NCBI GenBank assembly: GCA_964007735.1
Contig: CAXGAI010000008.1
Location: forward strand, 1 to 64,000
Length of the DNA: 64,000 bases
Direction of reading: 5' to 3'
Source: an uncultured Rhodopirellula sp.
GTDB lineage: Bacteria > Planctomycetota > Planctomycetia > Pirellulales > Pirellulaceae
Shown piece by piece: positions 1-8,096 of the stretch. Below the pieces are notes generated by a model, which did no database searches, was not told the DNA's origin, and worked only from the letters and a program-made list of their open reading frames with translations. The translations under genes were made by a program, and so were the position numbers. The first letter of the stretch is position 1. Each line of letters opens with the position of its first letter.

Positions 1-54
1 TGAACCAACGCCAGCACCTGAACCAACGCCAGCACCTGAACCAACGCCAGCACC
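1..54 (+). repeat. 18-bp tandem repeat x3 (TGAACCAACGCCAGCACC) encoding the (EPTPAP)3 E2 linker
   Basis: Three exact copies at 1-54; more may lie upstream of the window. Confidence 0.95.
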
Positions 55-1021
55 TAAAACACCAGTTCCCACTGCTCCAACTGCTGAGAGTGGTGATATT
101 GCAGCAGGACCTGCTATTCGTCGCTTCGCTCGTGAAGTAGGAGTTGACCTAAATAACGTCACCGGTAGTGGTGCTGGCGGACGCATTACTCGCGAAGATA
201 TCCTCGAAGTTGTTCGTCAGGCAAACCAGCAAGCTTCAGCACCTGCAGTCAATACAAGTGGATCCACCTCCGCAACCTCTGTTTCAAAAGCTCCGGGGGA
301 AGCGGGTACAGATGCCTATGGCCCGGTTCATATCGAATCGATGCCGAAGATCCGTAAAACGATTGCAGCCAAGATGCACGAATCCTGGTCAACAGCACCC
401 CGTGTCACGAACTTTGATGATGCCGATGTTACTGATCTGGAAATGATCCGCAAATCATCTAAGCAAGACTACTTGGATCAGGGCATCAAACTGACATCCA
501 TGCCATTTATTATCAAATCGGTTGCTTTGGCGTTACGAAACAATCCAAAGCTGAATGCAGCCTTGGACATGGATGCCGGACAGGTTATTTATAAAGACTA
601 TGTCAATGTTGGGATCGCGGTGGACAGCGAACGAGGGCTGGTTGTACCCTCACTACGAAGTGCTGATACCAAAAGCATCTCTGATATTGCTCGTGACCTC
701 GGCGCACTCGCAGAGAACGTCCGAAGTAACAACTTCGGACTCGATGACCTACGGGGAAGCACTTTTACGATTAGTAATCTGGGGGCCATCGGTGGAACTT
801 ACTCCACGCCGATTATCAATGTCCCTGAAGTAGCTATCCTACTCGTGGGACGTACTCGAAAAATGCCGGTAGTGGTTGACGATGAAATTGAAGTTCGTCA
901 GATGATGCCACTAAGCCTCTCCTATGACCATCGAATTGTCGATGGTGGCGACGCGGCCCGATTCCTGAACGAAATTATCGGTTACCTGCAGGCTCCAAGC
1001 CGATTATTACTTGCTCCCTAG
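1..1021 (+). CDS. pdhC: 2-oxoacid dehydrogenase E2 component (dihydrolipoamide acetyltransferase), 5'-truncated by the window edge
   Basis: The frame is open from position 2. It reads the linker EPTPAPEPTPAP, then an E3-binding domain (AGPAIRRFAREVGVDLNNVTGSGAGGRITREDI), then the catalytic domain with TFTISNLG and SLSYDHRIVDGGDAARFL. Which 2-oxoacid complex it belongs to is less certain than the family. Confidence 0.85.
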   Translation, partial: EPTPAPEPTPAPEPTPAPKTPVPTAPTAESGDIAAGPAIRRFAREVGVDLNNVTGSGAGGRITREDILEVVRQANQQASAPAVNTSGSTSATSVSKAPGEAGTDAYGPVHIESMPKIRKTIAAKMHESWSTAPRVTNFDDADVTDLEMIRKSSKQDYLDQGIKLTSMPFIIKSVALALRNNPKLNAALDMDAGQVIYKDYVNVGIAVDSERGLVVPSLRSADTKSISDIARDLGALAENVRSNNFGLDDLRGSTFTISNLGAIGGTYSTPIINVPEVAILLVGRTRKMPVVVDDEIEVRQMMPLSLSYDHRIVDGGDAARFLNEIIGYLQAPSRLLLAP

Positions 1022-1100
1022 GGTGGCATGTCATCGGATTGTTCGACCTTCGTGCAAAGCATTAAGGCCCCCGGCAACCTTCCTCGCTGTTTAAGATTGT

Positions 1101-2459
1101 TTATTTTTTGTGCCGATCTAAATCCACTATCTTCGTCACCGTCACATGCTGTGTTTTGAGGCGATAAAGGTAACCTCTGCGTCCAAACACTCCTACATGA
1201 CGCCGGATATAAGTACTAAGATTTAAGCCTGGCTGAGGGGTAACAAAGACCTGGACGGCACCTTGCTCATCAACGATAGCGTATTGAGGTGCATCATTTC
1301 GTGTCGAACGAACACGTACTAAATAACCGGTTTCTTGATAGGCGGTTCGACGTGCTTCAGGTGTTAGTACTCCATTGCCAACTTCAGCTGTATCCAAATC
1401 GGATTCGTTGAAAGGAAGATTACGAACGTTTAAATCTGAAGAACGTGGAGGCAAATTAGACAGATCGGTCGCTTCAAGACGCAGGCGATTATCTTTGATT
1501 TGTTGATACTGATCGAGCCGCTCGATGATTTCCTCAATCGCTCCCTGTTCAGCGGCTATGCTATCCGATAAAAGCTGATTAGCTCTATCTCGCAATAAAC
1601 CAATTCGCCAAAGATCTGAAGACTGCGTTGCCATCTGCGAAACGGCTAGCTCCAATTCAGTTACGGTCGTAATATTCGAGGATGCCGAACTTTGAACTGG
1701 AAAACTCGCCTGCCTGAATGGTACTTTTTTCTCACTCTTCATTTGCTGCTGTACAATTCGATTACGCTCCAGTAAACGCCCAGACTTAGCAGCTCCTGAG
1801 GGTTTTATCCAGCGAGGAACATAATTCGCCGGATTAGTTGCCGTGAGGAGTTGGGAGTTCGTTTGTCCATCAGTGAACGATGCTAAAGCAACTTTTGTTT
1901 GCGTACTTTGAAGAGGAGATTGCTGGATAGTATCCGAGGAGAATCGACTCTGAATTTCAGAATCCGCCCTCAAGTGATCTTTATGAATCCAACGAAACTC
2001 CCCGGCCGGTGGAGCAATTTTGTAATAAGTTTGACTTCGATTCGTTCTCAACAGTCTCGTCGGTGTCTGTCCTAGCAGTGTCACCACTTCGCCTTTATTG
2101 AGCAGCACCGTATAGCCATAATTCACATCACGATCATCGTAACTGCCGATCCAGGAGGGAACTCTAGCCACACGTACACTCGCATGGTCGCCGTCGGCGT
2201 GAAGCTCTAAATATTCAGCAGCCACCCAGCTATAGGAATCGTTAAGAGGACGAATCGCGAGGAACCCGTTCTTCGTTTCACGATAGACTTGCACCTGATC
2301 TCCAACATTCAGATAAGCACTGACATATTGATCCTGAAACGGAGCTGAACGCACTGGTGTCTGATGAACCGTGACAATAGCTGTATACGGCTCTACTTGC
2401 TGACCGAAAACGACAACAGAAAACAATAACGAGAGCATACATGCGAGAAACGCTTTCAT
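1101..2459 (-). CDS. Secreted hypothetical protein with N-terminal SH3-like domain(s)
   Basis: Signal peptide MKAFLACMLSLLFSVVVFG (start reassigned to 2459). SH3-like segments VRSAP...YLNVGDQVQVY...FLAIRP...SWV and LNKGEVVTLLG...YKIAPPAGEFRWI. Confidence 0.6.
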   Translation of the reverse strand: MKAFLACMLSLLFSVVVFGQQVEPYTAIVTVHQTPVRSAPFQDQYVSAYLNVGDQVQVYRETKNGFLAIRPLNDSYSWVAAEYLELHADGDHASVRVARVPSWIGSYDDRDVNYGYTVLLNKGEVVTLLGQTPTRLLRTNRSQTYYKIAPPAGEFRWIHKDHLRADSEIQSRFSSDTIQQSPLQSTQTKVALASFTDGQTNSQLLTATNPANYVPRWIKPSGAAKSGRLLERNRIVQQQMKSEKKVPFRQASFPVQSSASSNITTVTELELAVSQMATQSSDLWRIGLLRDRANQLLSDSIAAEQGAIEEIIERLDQYQQIKDNRLRLEATDLSNLPPRSSDLNVRNLPFNESDLDTAEVGNGVLTPEARRTAYQETGYLVRVRSTRNDAPQYAIVDEQGAVQVFVTPQPGLNLSTYIRRHVGVFGRRGYLYRLKTQHVTVTKIVDLDRHKK

Positions 2460-2608
2460 TTGGAAACCCCGTTTAGAGAGCACGTTAAATAATCCTGTAA
2501 AGCGAAAAAGTAATGTATTTAGGAGGTTGGAGGCAACCTCAGACGCGTTCAAGCAGGCTTGCATTACCTCACTATCAAGCTTAGCGAGGGTACTCTGAAA
2601 TTAAACGG

Positions 2609-3193
2609 CTAATCGGCCAGATCCAACCGGAACCTGGATTTTTCGGAGGCAATAAAGACTTCCGCCGAAGATAGAAAATCACCATAGAACTCAGTCTTCG
2701 CCAACTCGATTCCCAGAGAAAACATCCGTTCAGTCCACCCAATATGATCATGGAAGAATGCCACTGACAAAGTACTGGGTTCTGTATCGGGCCGGGACTC
2801 ATACCTTAGAATTTGTGACATCATCTCAAGCTGCAACCCGGCATGGTCTTTAATGTTTTGTGTGGTGACCGGAGAAACTACTTCCAAATAGTCATTCATG
2901 GAAGCGACGACTTCGCTTTGCAGATGCCCATCTTCCCAAACAGACTGATATGGTGGACAAAAATCCTTTGGGCCAATAAAGATGTTGCAATAGTCAACCG
3001 CCAGGGTTTCAACACTCATCGCATTTCCCGGAGGAATATTAATCCCGAGTTCATGAAAGCAACTACCCCACTCGGGTCTGTGAAACAACGATAGCATCTC
3101 TAAGTCAACTTCATTGAGTAACAGTCGAGCGTATAGTTCATAGAGACCTGCTCTTGCAACAGCTTCATTCGAGATATTTTGCGGTAGTTGCAT
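2609..3193 (-). CDS. TorD/DmsD-family redox enzyme maturation chaperone
   Basis: PPYQSVW and DHAGLQLEMM motifs; lies directly downstream of the molybdoenzyme. Confidence 0.9.
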   Translation of the reverse strand: MQLPQNISNEAVARAGLYELYARLLLNEVDLEMLSLFHRPEWGSCFHELGINIPPGNAMSVETLAVDYCNIFIGPKDFCPPYQSVWEDGHLQSEVVASMNDYLEVVSPVTTQNIKDHAGLQLEMMSQILRYESRPDTEPSTLSVAFFHDHIGWTERMFSLGIELAKTEFYGDFLSSAEVFIASEKSRFRLDLAD

Positions 3194-3219
3194 AAGAAGA
3201 AACGCTCTGTTAAATTTCG

Positions 3220-6048
3220 TTACGACAATTTTTTGATGCGAACGACCGTTGAATGAAATGCCTGTTGACCGGTGATAGGATCGGGCGCGATCGGCATTAG
3301 CTTGTTCTGATTCCAGCCATTACCCGTGTTCTGCAACCACTTTTTTCTATCTCCATTCGATTTATCTTCCCACCACATATTCCGTTCCCAGTCGGCATCT
3401 CGATAACTTTCGCGATCACTACCAACCAGATACTCACCACCTGCCGACCCAGCTTTCGCTTTGGCAACGTTGGTATATTGCCAATGTCCGCACGAATTAC
3501 TCATGGCGATCGCTTTCGGATGGATACCCTGCATCGTCACAATCGGCACACGCATTTGACTCACCACTCTTTTACCATTTTCGTTTGGAGTCTGATGGTT
3601 GAGATTGGGAGAAATTTTTTCGAGCATTTCCGAATAGTATGAAGTTAATTCAACCCAATCTCCATCTTTCAATCCCAGCTCGTCGGCTGTCTGGGTATTC
3701 AACCAGGCTGGATTACTATGTACGATTTCAGCTAACCATTTTAGGTTCATCGTCCGCCCATGATTATGAACGTTCCATTTGAAGCTGGTCATGATTAACT
3801 CATCGTTACCTAACGCCTGATGTTCATCAATCGGAAGCCAGATTGGCATTTCAGAAATGTCTAAATCATGCCCCTCATGCTGCTTAGGACGACTCTTCGT
3901 TTTGGTGACTCCACTTTGATTGATTAAATCCGAACAATCTTCATTGAGTCCAATTTTGTTAATAAAAACACTCCGAACTTCCATTTTTCTGCTGGGTGTC
4001 TTAAAACCACGCATCGACTTTCCATCAATCGTGATACCAATACCGATACCATCTTTCGTAATGACTCCATTACTATCGGTTACGCTTCCTTCTAATTCTT
4101 CCTGCGTTAAGGCTGTCTTGTAAGGCTCGTAAAATGGTTCCGTCTCACTATTTTCCCATGCCCCTTCATCCAGCAATCTTTCCAAACCCGCCTTACCTGT
4201 CTGTTCATTGACTGGGACGTTTTTAGCCCAGTACTGCATGTAATCCTCAGTCGTCCCATACTGATAAGCCTCTTCCATTCCTCCACCAATCTTTTCAGCA
4301 AGGAGCGGAAAGAAATCACGAATATCTTTAGACTCACCCAACGGTTCGATCATCGGAGTACGAATTCCGACATACGGTCGTAAATTATAGGACGCTCTAG
4401 CATCCAGATCCCAACGTTCCATAAACGTTGTCCACGGCAAGACGATATCTGCGTAGTGAGCCGTTTCGTTATAAAAGCAGTTAATACAAACATGAAAGTT
4501 GATAAGTTCCTCGTTGGTAAGCACTTCCTGAGTCAGGCTTTCCTCGGGCCATGTCAGCGGAGAATCTAAGTTATAAGTCATATAAGCCTGAAGCTTTGCT
4601 CTGCCCTGCAAGAGGTAAAGATATACTACCTCTCCCACTCGCATGCGTCGCCAGACATTGGCCAATGGATACTCCGGTGGGTCTTCCAATACACTCCAAG
4701 TGTTTGCCGATGAGGGCATTGCGGGAGTCTTAACGATCGGATCTAGTCCTCCCCAGGGGCTCCAGCACCATCCACCCTTCTTACCGACACTACCAACGAT
4801 AGCATTCAGCAAGTTAATCGCACGATCATTATAAAAACCGTTCAAATGGGCCGACGAACCGCGATTACACATCGTGGTTGCAGCGGGAGCTGCATCTGCA
4901 AATTCCAGTGCAATCCGCTTAATCGCATCAGCAGGCACACCACTCACTCGTTCCGCCCACTCAGGAGTATATTCCGAAAGATGCTCTTCCAACTCATTAA
5001 CAGAGACATTTGTCCAACGCTCAAGGAATTCGCTATCCTGCTTCTTACTCGCAAGAATCCAATGGCTCATGCCTAAGGCAACAGCCCCATCCGTGCCTGG
5101 AAAAGGAGAGAACCACTCATCACTGTTGCCGGCAGTGTTAGAAAGACGAACGTCAAAGGTGACCATCTTGGCACCATTATTAAACCTGCCATTTTGAATC
5201 CTATTCAAAAAAGGAACATGACCCTGGTGTGCCTCAAATGCGTTAGAACCGAAATTCAGGATATATTTGCTGTTTTCACAATCATTAAGATCCCAATCGC
5301 TTTCCCAGAGGTAGGCAAGATTTGCCGCCCGACGATTTCCGGAACAAAGTGAACGATGACTTAATTGCGTTTTAGTACCATACGCATCAAGAAACCGTTT
5401 GATCGCATCCTTACTACGCTGACGGCCTTGATGAAATGCAAATTCTTCTTGCTTATCCTGCTCTCGAATCGCCCGTAATTTATCTGCAATCTCAGTTAGA
5501 GCTTCATCCCACGAGATACGTTTCCACTTACCCTCTCCCCGCTCACCAACTCGCTTCATGGGAAACAGCAAGCGTTCTGGATGATAAAGGTGATTTAGAG
5601 AAGCCTGCCCACGTGCACACAAACGTCCACGACTATTGGGATCGTTCGGATTGCCTTCCACCTTCAAAACACGTCCATCTTTGACATACCCGATGATGCC
5701 ACAGACGGTACTGCAAAGCTGGCACATCCCGGGAACCTTCTCGGTTCCCGCATATTTGTCTTTCGACGGCCAATCGGTCTTGGCATTAGGTCCCGGCAAC
5801 AAACACACTCCCGGCATTTGCTGAATGCCTAGCTCGTAATCTTTACCTTTACCTGCTTTCCACTTGTCTATATCAACGCCGAAAGGAAGAGCCTTCGGTC
5901 GAGCTTCAGTATTACCACGCTTTTGACTTTCGGACTCACCTAGCTGCTGACTGGTATTGGATACACCCTCGCATCCCAGCATCCCAAAAGTTCCGGCTGA
6001 AAGCAGACCAAGTTTCAAAAACTGCCGTTTGGAATTACTCGTCTTCAT
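3220..6048 (-). CDS. Molybdopterin (Mo-bisPGD) oxidoreductase catalytic subunit, DMSO reductase family, PsrA/ArrA/TtrA-like lineage
   Basis: FS0 motif CQLCSTVC...C; WKRISWDEAL; candidate Cys ligand in SHRSLCSG; C-terminal molybdopterin dinucleotide-binding domain (AWLNTQTADELGLKDGDWV). Start reassigned to MKTSNSKRQFLK at 6048. Confidence 0.9.
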   Translation of the reverse strand: MKTSNSKRQFLKLGLLSAGTFGMLGCEGVSNTSQQLGESESQKRGNTEARPKALPFGVDIDKWKAGKGKDYELGIQQMPGVCLLPGPNAKTDWPSKDKYAGTEKVPGMCQLCSTVCGIIGYVKDGRVLKVEGNPNDPNSRGRLCARGQASLNHLYHPERLLFPMKRVGERGEGKWKRISWDEALTEIADKLRAIREQDKQEEFAFHQGRQRSKDAIKRFLDAYGTKTQLSHRSLCSGNRRAANLAYLWESDWDLNDCENSKYILNFGSNAFEAHQGHVPFLNRIQNGRFNNGAKMVTFDVRLSNTAGNSDEWFSPFPGTDGAVALGMSHWILASKKQDSEFLERWTNVSVNELEEHLSEYTPEWAERVSGVPADAIKRIALEFADAAPAATTMCNRGSSAHLNGFYNDRAINLLNAIVGSVGKKGGWCWSPWGGLDPIVKTPAMPSSANTWSVLEDPPEYPLANVWRRMRVGEVVYLYLLQGRAKLQAYMTYNLDSPLTWPEESLTQEVLTNEELINFHVCINCFYNETAHYADIVLPWTTFMERWDLDARASYNLRPYVGIRTPMIEPLGESKDIRDFFPLLAEKIGGGMEEAYQYGTTEDYMQYWAKNVPVNEQTGKAGLERLLDEGAWENSETEPFYEPYKTALTQEELEGSVTDSNGVITKDGIGIGITIDGKSMRGFKTPSRKMEVRSVFINKIGLNEDCSDLINQSGVTKTKSRPKQHEGHDLDISEMPIWLPIDEHQALGNDELIMTSFKWNVHNHGRTMNLKWLAEIVHSNPAWLNTQTADELGLKDGDWVELTSYYSEMLEKISPNLNHQTPNENGKRVVSQMRVPIVTMQGIHPKAIAMSNSCGHWQYTNVAKAKAGSAGGEYLVGSDRESYRDADWERNMWWEDKSNGDRKKWLQNTGNGWNQNKLMPIAPDPITGQQAFHSTVVRIKKLS

Positions 6049-6943
6049 GACTCTCTTTCCAATTGTAAATATTGTAGGCTTCAGGTCCGTAAGACTCTCC
6101 TTCTCTTGGAATCCTTTCTTCAATTTCTACCGGTGCGTCACCTACAAACCACATGCGTGGCTTCGTGTTCTTTTCCGGACGGATTTGTCTAGTTTCCAGC
6201 TTGTTCTCCTCTGCATCTCGCATCGCTTTGGAAATTTTGGAATTCTCATCATTGAGATCTCCAAATGAAATCGCATCTGCTGGACAGGTGTTAGCACAAG
6301 CGGGTTCCATTTGCTGTTCAAGGCGATGATAGCAGTTGTGACACTTGACGGCCTGATTTGCTACAGGATCCATATAGATGGCACCATACGGGCAAACATC
6401 AACACAAGTACCATGCCCACAACAAGTGTTGTAATCGATAGCTACCGTCCCACCCGTAGTCTTATGCAGTGCACCGCATGGGCAGGCCTTAATACAAGGT
6501 GCATCTTCACAATGCTGGCAGGCCATCGGCATGAACAGACGAGCCACCTGCGGGTACTCCCCCACATCCTTATAAAAAGTTTGACGAATGTAATTACCAA
6601 GCGGGACATCATTCTCCGCTTTGCAACTCACTTCGCAGGCATGACAACCTACACAGCGCCGTGTATCGACAAACCAACCATATCGTTTACCATCGTCAGG
6701 AGCCTGAATACGATCCGCCCATTGCTCTTCAGGTTGAAACAGAACGCTTGCATCTGTTTTCTGTGCCGAACTCTTTGAGGGATGAGCTCCTAAAATCACG
6801 AGCGCGGCCGATGCCTTCTCTAAAAATTCGCGACGAGAATCCTCACCATTGAAATCGCCAGAAGAAGAAGAAGAAGAAGAAGAAGAAGCTTCGGATTCCA
6901 AGTTATTTAAGGGTAATCCAGTCTTACCTTGGTCTTTCAGCAC
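6035..6943 (-). CDS. 4Fe-4S dicluster electron-transfer subunit (DmsB/PsrB/NrfC-like) with Tat motif
   Basis: Cys motifs CVGCHACEVSC, CQHCEDAPCIKACP, CCGHGTCVDVCPY and KCHNC...PACANTCP; Tat-like SRREFL near the N-terminus; GTG start. Confidence 0.9.
   Translation of the reverse strand: MLKDQGKTGLPLNNLESEASSSSSSSSSGDFNGEDSRREFLEKASAALVILGAHPSKSSAQKTDASVLFQPEEQWADRIQAPDDGKRYGWFVDTRRCVGCHACEVSCKAENDVPLGNYIRQTFYKDVGEYPQVARLFMPMACQHCEDAPCIKACPCGALHKTTGGTVAIDYNTCCGHGTCVDVCPYGAIYMDPVANQAVKCHNCYHRLEQQMEPACANTCPADAISFGDLNDENSKISKAMRDAEENKLETRQIRPEKNTKPRMWFVGDAPVEIEERIPREGESYGPEAYNIYNWKESHEDE
6861..6887. repeat. (GAA)9 trinucleotide microsatellite encoding Ser9 on the minus strand
   Basis: Nine perfect GAA copies at 6861-6887. 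Confidence 0.95.
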
Positions 6944-7229
6944 TAAAGTATCCTCTTCAATTCAAAATAGGGGAATTTTATCCAATCCAAACACCTATTC
7001 TATCTCAGACTAAGTCTATTCATATGGCTCACATTACGTAAAACGGTTAACCCGATAAGTTGCCCGTTTCCGAGAACCATCGAATGAAAATGACATCTTG
7101 GATGGAAATTCCCATCTCAAAATACCCTAGCTTTACAACATGACAACATATGTGACCTTTGACTCGATTCAATCTGTAGTAAATACCGAAGATGAAGATG
7201 AAATACCTCCGTAAACAAGCTCACAAAAC

Positions 7230-8084
7230 ATGCCTAAACCCTCAACTCTGCGCAGACTAACATTTATACCCACCTTGGGTATTTGTCTGCTATTGAGTTG
7301 CTCTTTGATCTGGGCCGAAACGAATCCATCCACCGGAAAGAACATTGAGGGAAATACTGCGGCCGCACCTGCAAAGAAGATCTCGGCCAGAGAGGAGGCC
7401 GAAACCTCGATACCGTGGGAGAAGCTAACACCTGCGGCGAATGAGAAACTCCAGGCTGTCTTAGCAAATTCATCCGTCTTTCACCGGTCAACATTCCAAA
7501 AAACCACCTGTGATCACAAAATCTATCTCCATCTAATTCGTTACCCGGAGTTGGTCGTCAACATGTGGGAACTAATGGGTGTCTCCAAACTCCGCATGGA
7601 TCGCAAAGAAGACTACCTAATCAATATTGACGACAGCTATGGAACACAAAGCCAACTCGAACTCGTCTACGGCAACAAGAACTTACACATTTTTTATGCT
7701 GAAGGAACCTACAAGGGAAGCATCATCCCTACCCTAAGTAAAGGAAAAGTAGTCCTCATACTGGAGACCAAGAAAACGCAGGAAACGGGTAAGCCTGTTA
7801 TTTCTCATCGTCTCAATATGTTCATACAGTTCGATAAATCGACAAATCAATTCGTTGTAAAGACCTTGCAAGGTTTGTTCCTCAAGATAGTCGATATGAA
7901 CTTTGCGGAAACCACAAAATTCATCGGGCAGATTGACGAGATCATTCAGGATAACCCTGATGGTATGAAACGGCTATCAGGGCGGCTCACACGAGTTCAA
8001 AAGCCGATCCGCGAACAATTCGATAAGCTCATTGAGCGTGCCAACGCTCGTTATGAACACATTGCCACGAACTCAGACGACTAA
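7230..8084 (+). CDS. Exported hypothetical protein
   Basis: 284-aa ORF with an N-terminal signal peptide; no motif recognised. Confidence 0.65.
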   Translation: MPKPSTLRRLTFIPTLGICLLLSCSLIWAETNPSTGKNIEGNTAAAPAKKISAREEAETSIPWEKLTPAANEKLQAVLANSSVFHRSTFQKTTCDHKIYLHLIRYPELVVNMWELMGVSKLRMDRKEDYLINIDDSYGTQSQLELVYGNKNLHIFYAEGTYKGSIIPTLSKGKVVLILETKKTQETGKPVISHRLNMFIQFDKSTNQFVVKTLQGLFLKIVDMNFAETTKFIGQIDEIIQDNPDGMKRLSGRLTRVQKPIREQFDKLIERANARYEHIATNSDD

Positions 8085-8096
8085 GCATATCCGCCG

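Noticed and set aside
3220..6048. Selenocysteine or frameshift in the molybdoenzyme
   Set aside because: The ORF is continuous and the candidate ligand is a normal TGT Cys codon (5344-5346).
6049..6123. ORF-track start of the Mo subunit at 6123 (likewise the starts at 2564, 19264, 20578, 21411, 35588, 39375, 42382 and 53303)
   Set aside because: These extensions overlap neighbouring genes or push signal peptides inward; downstream ATGs fit better.
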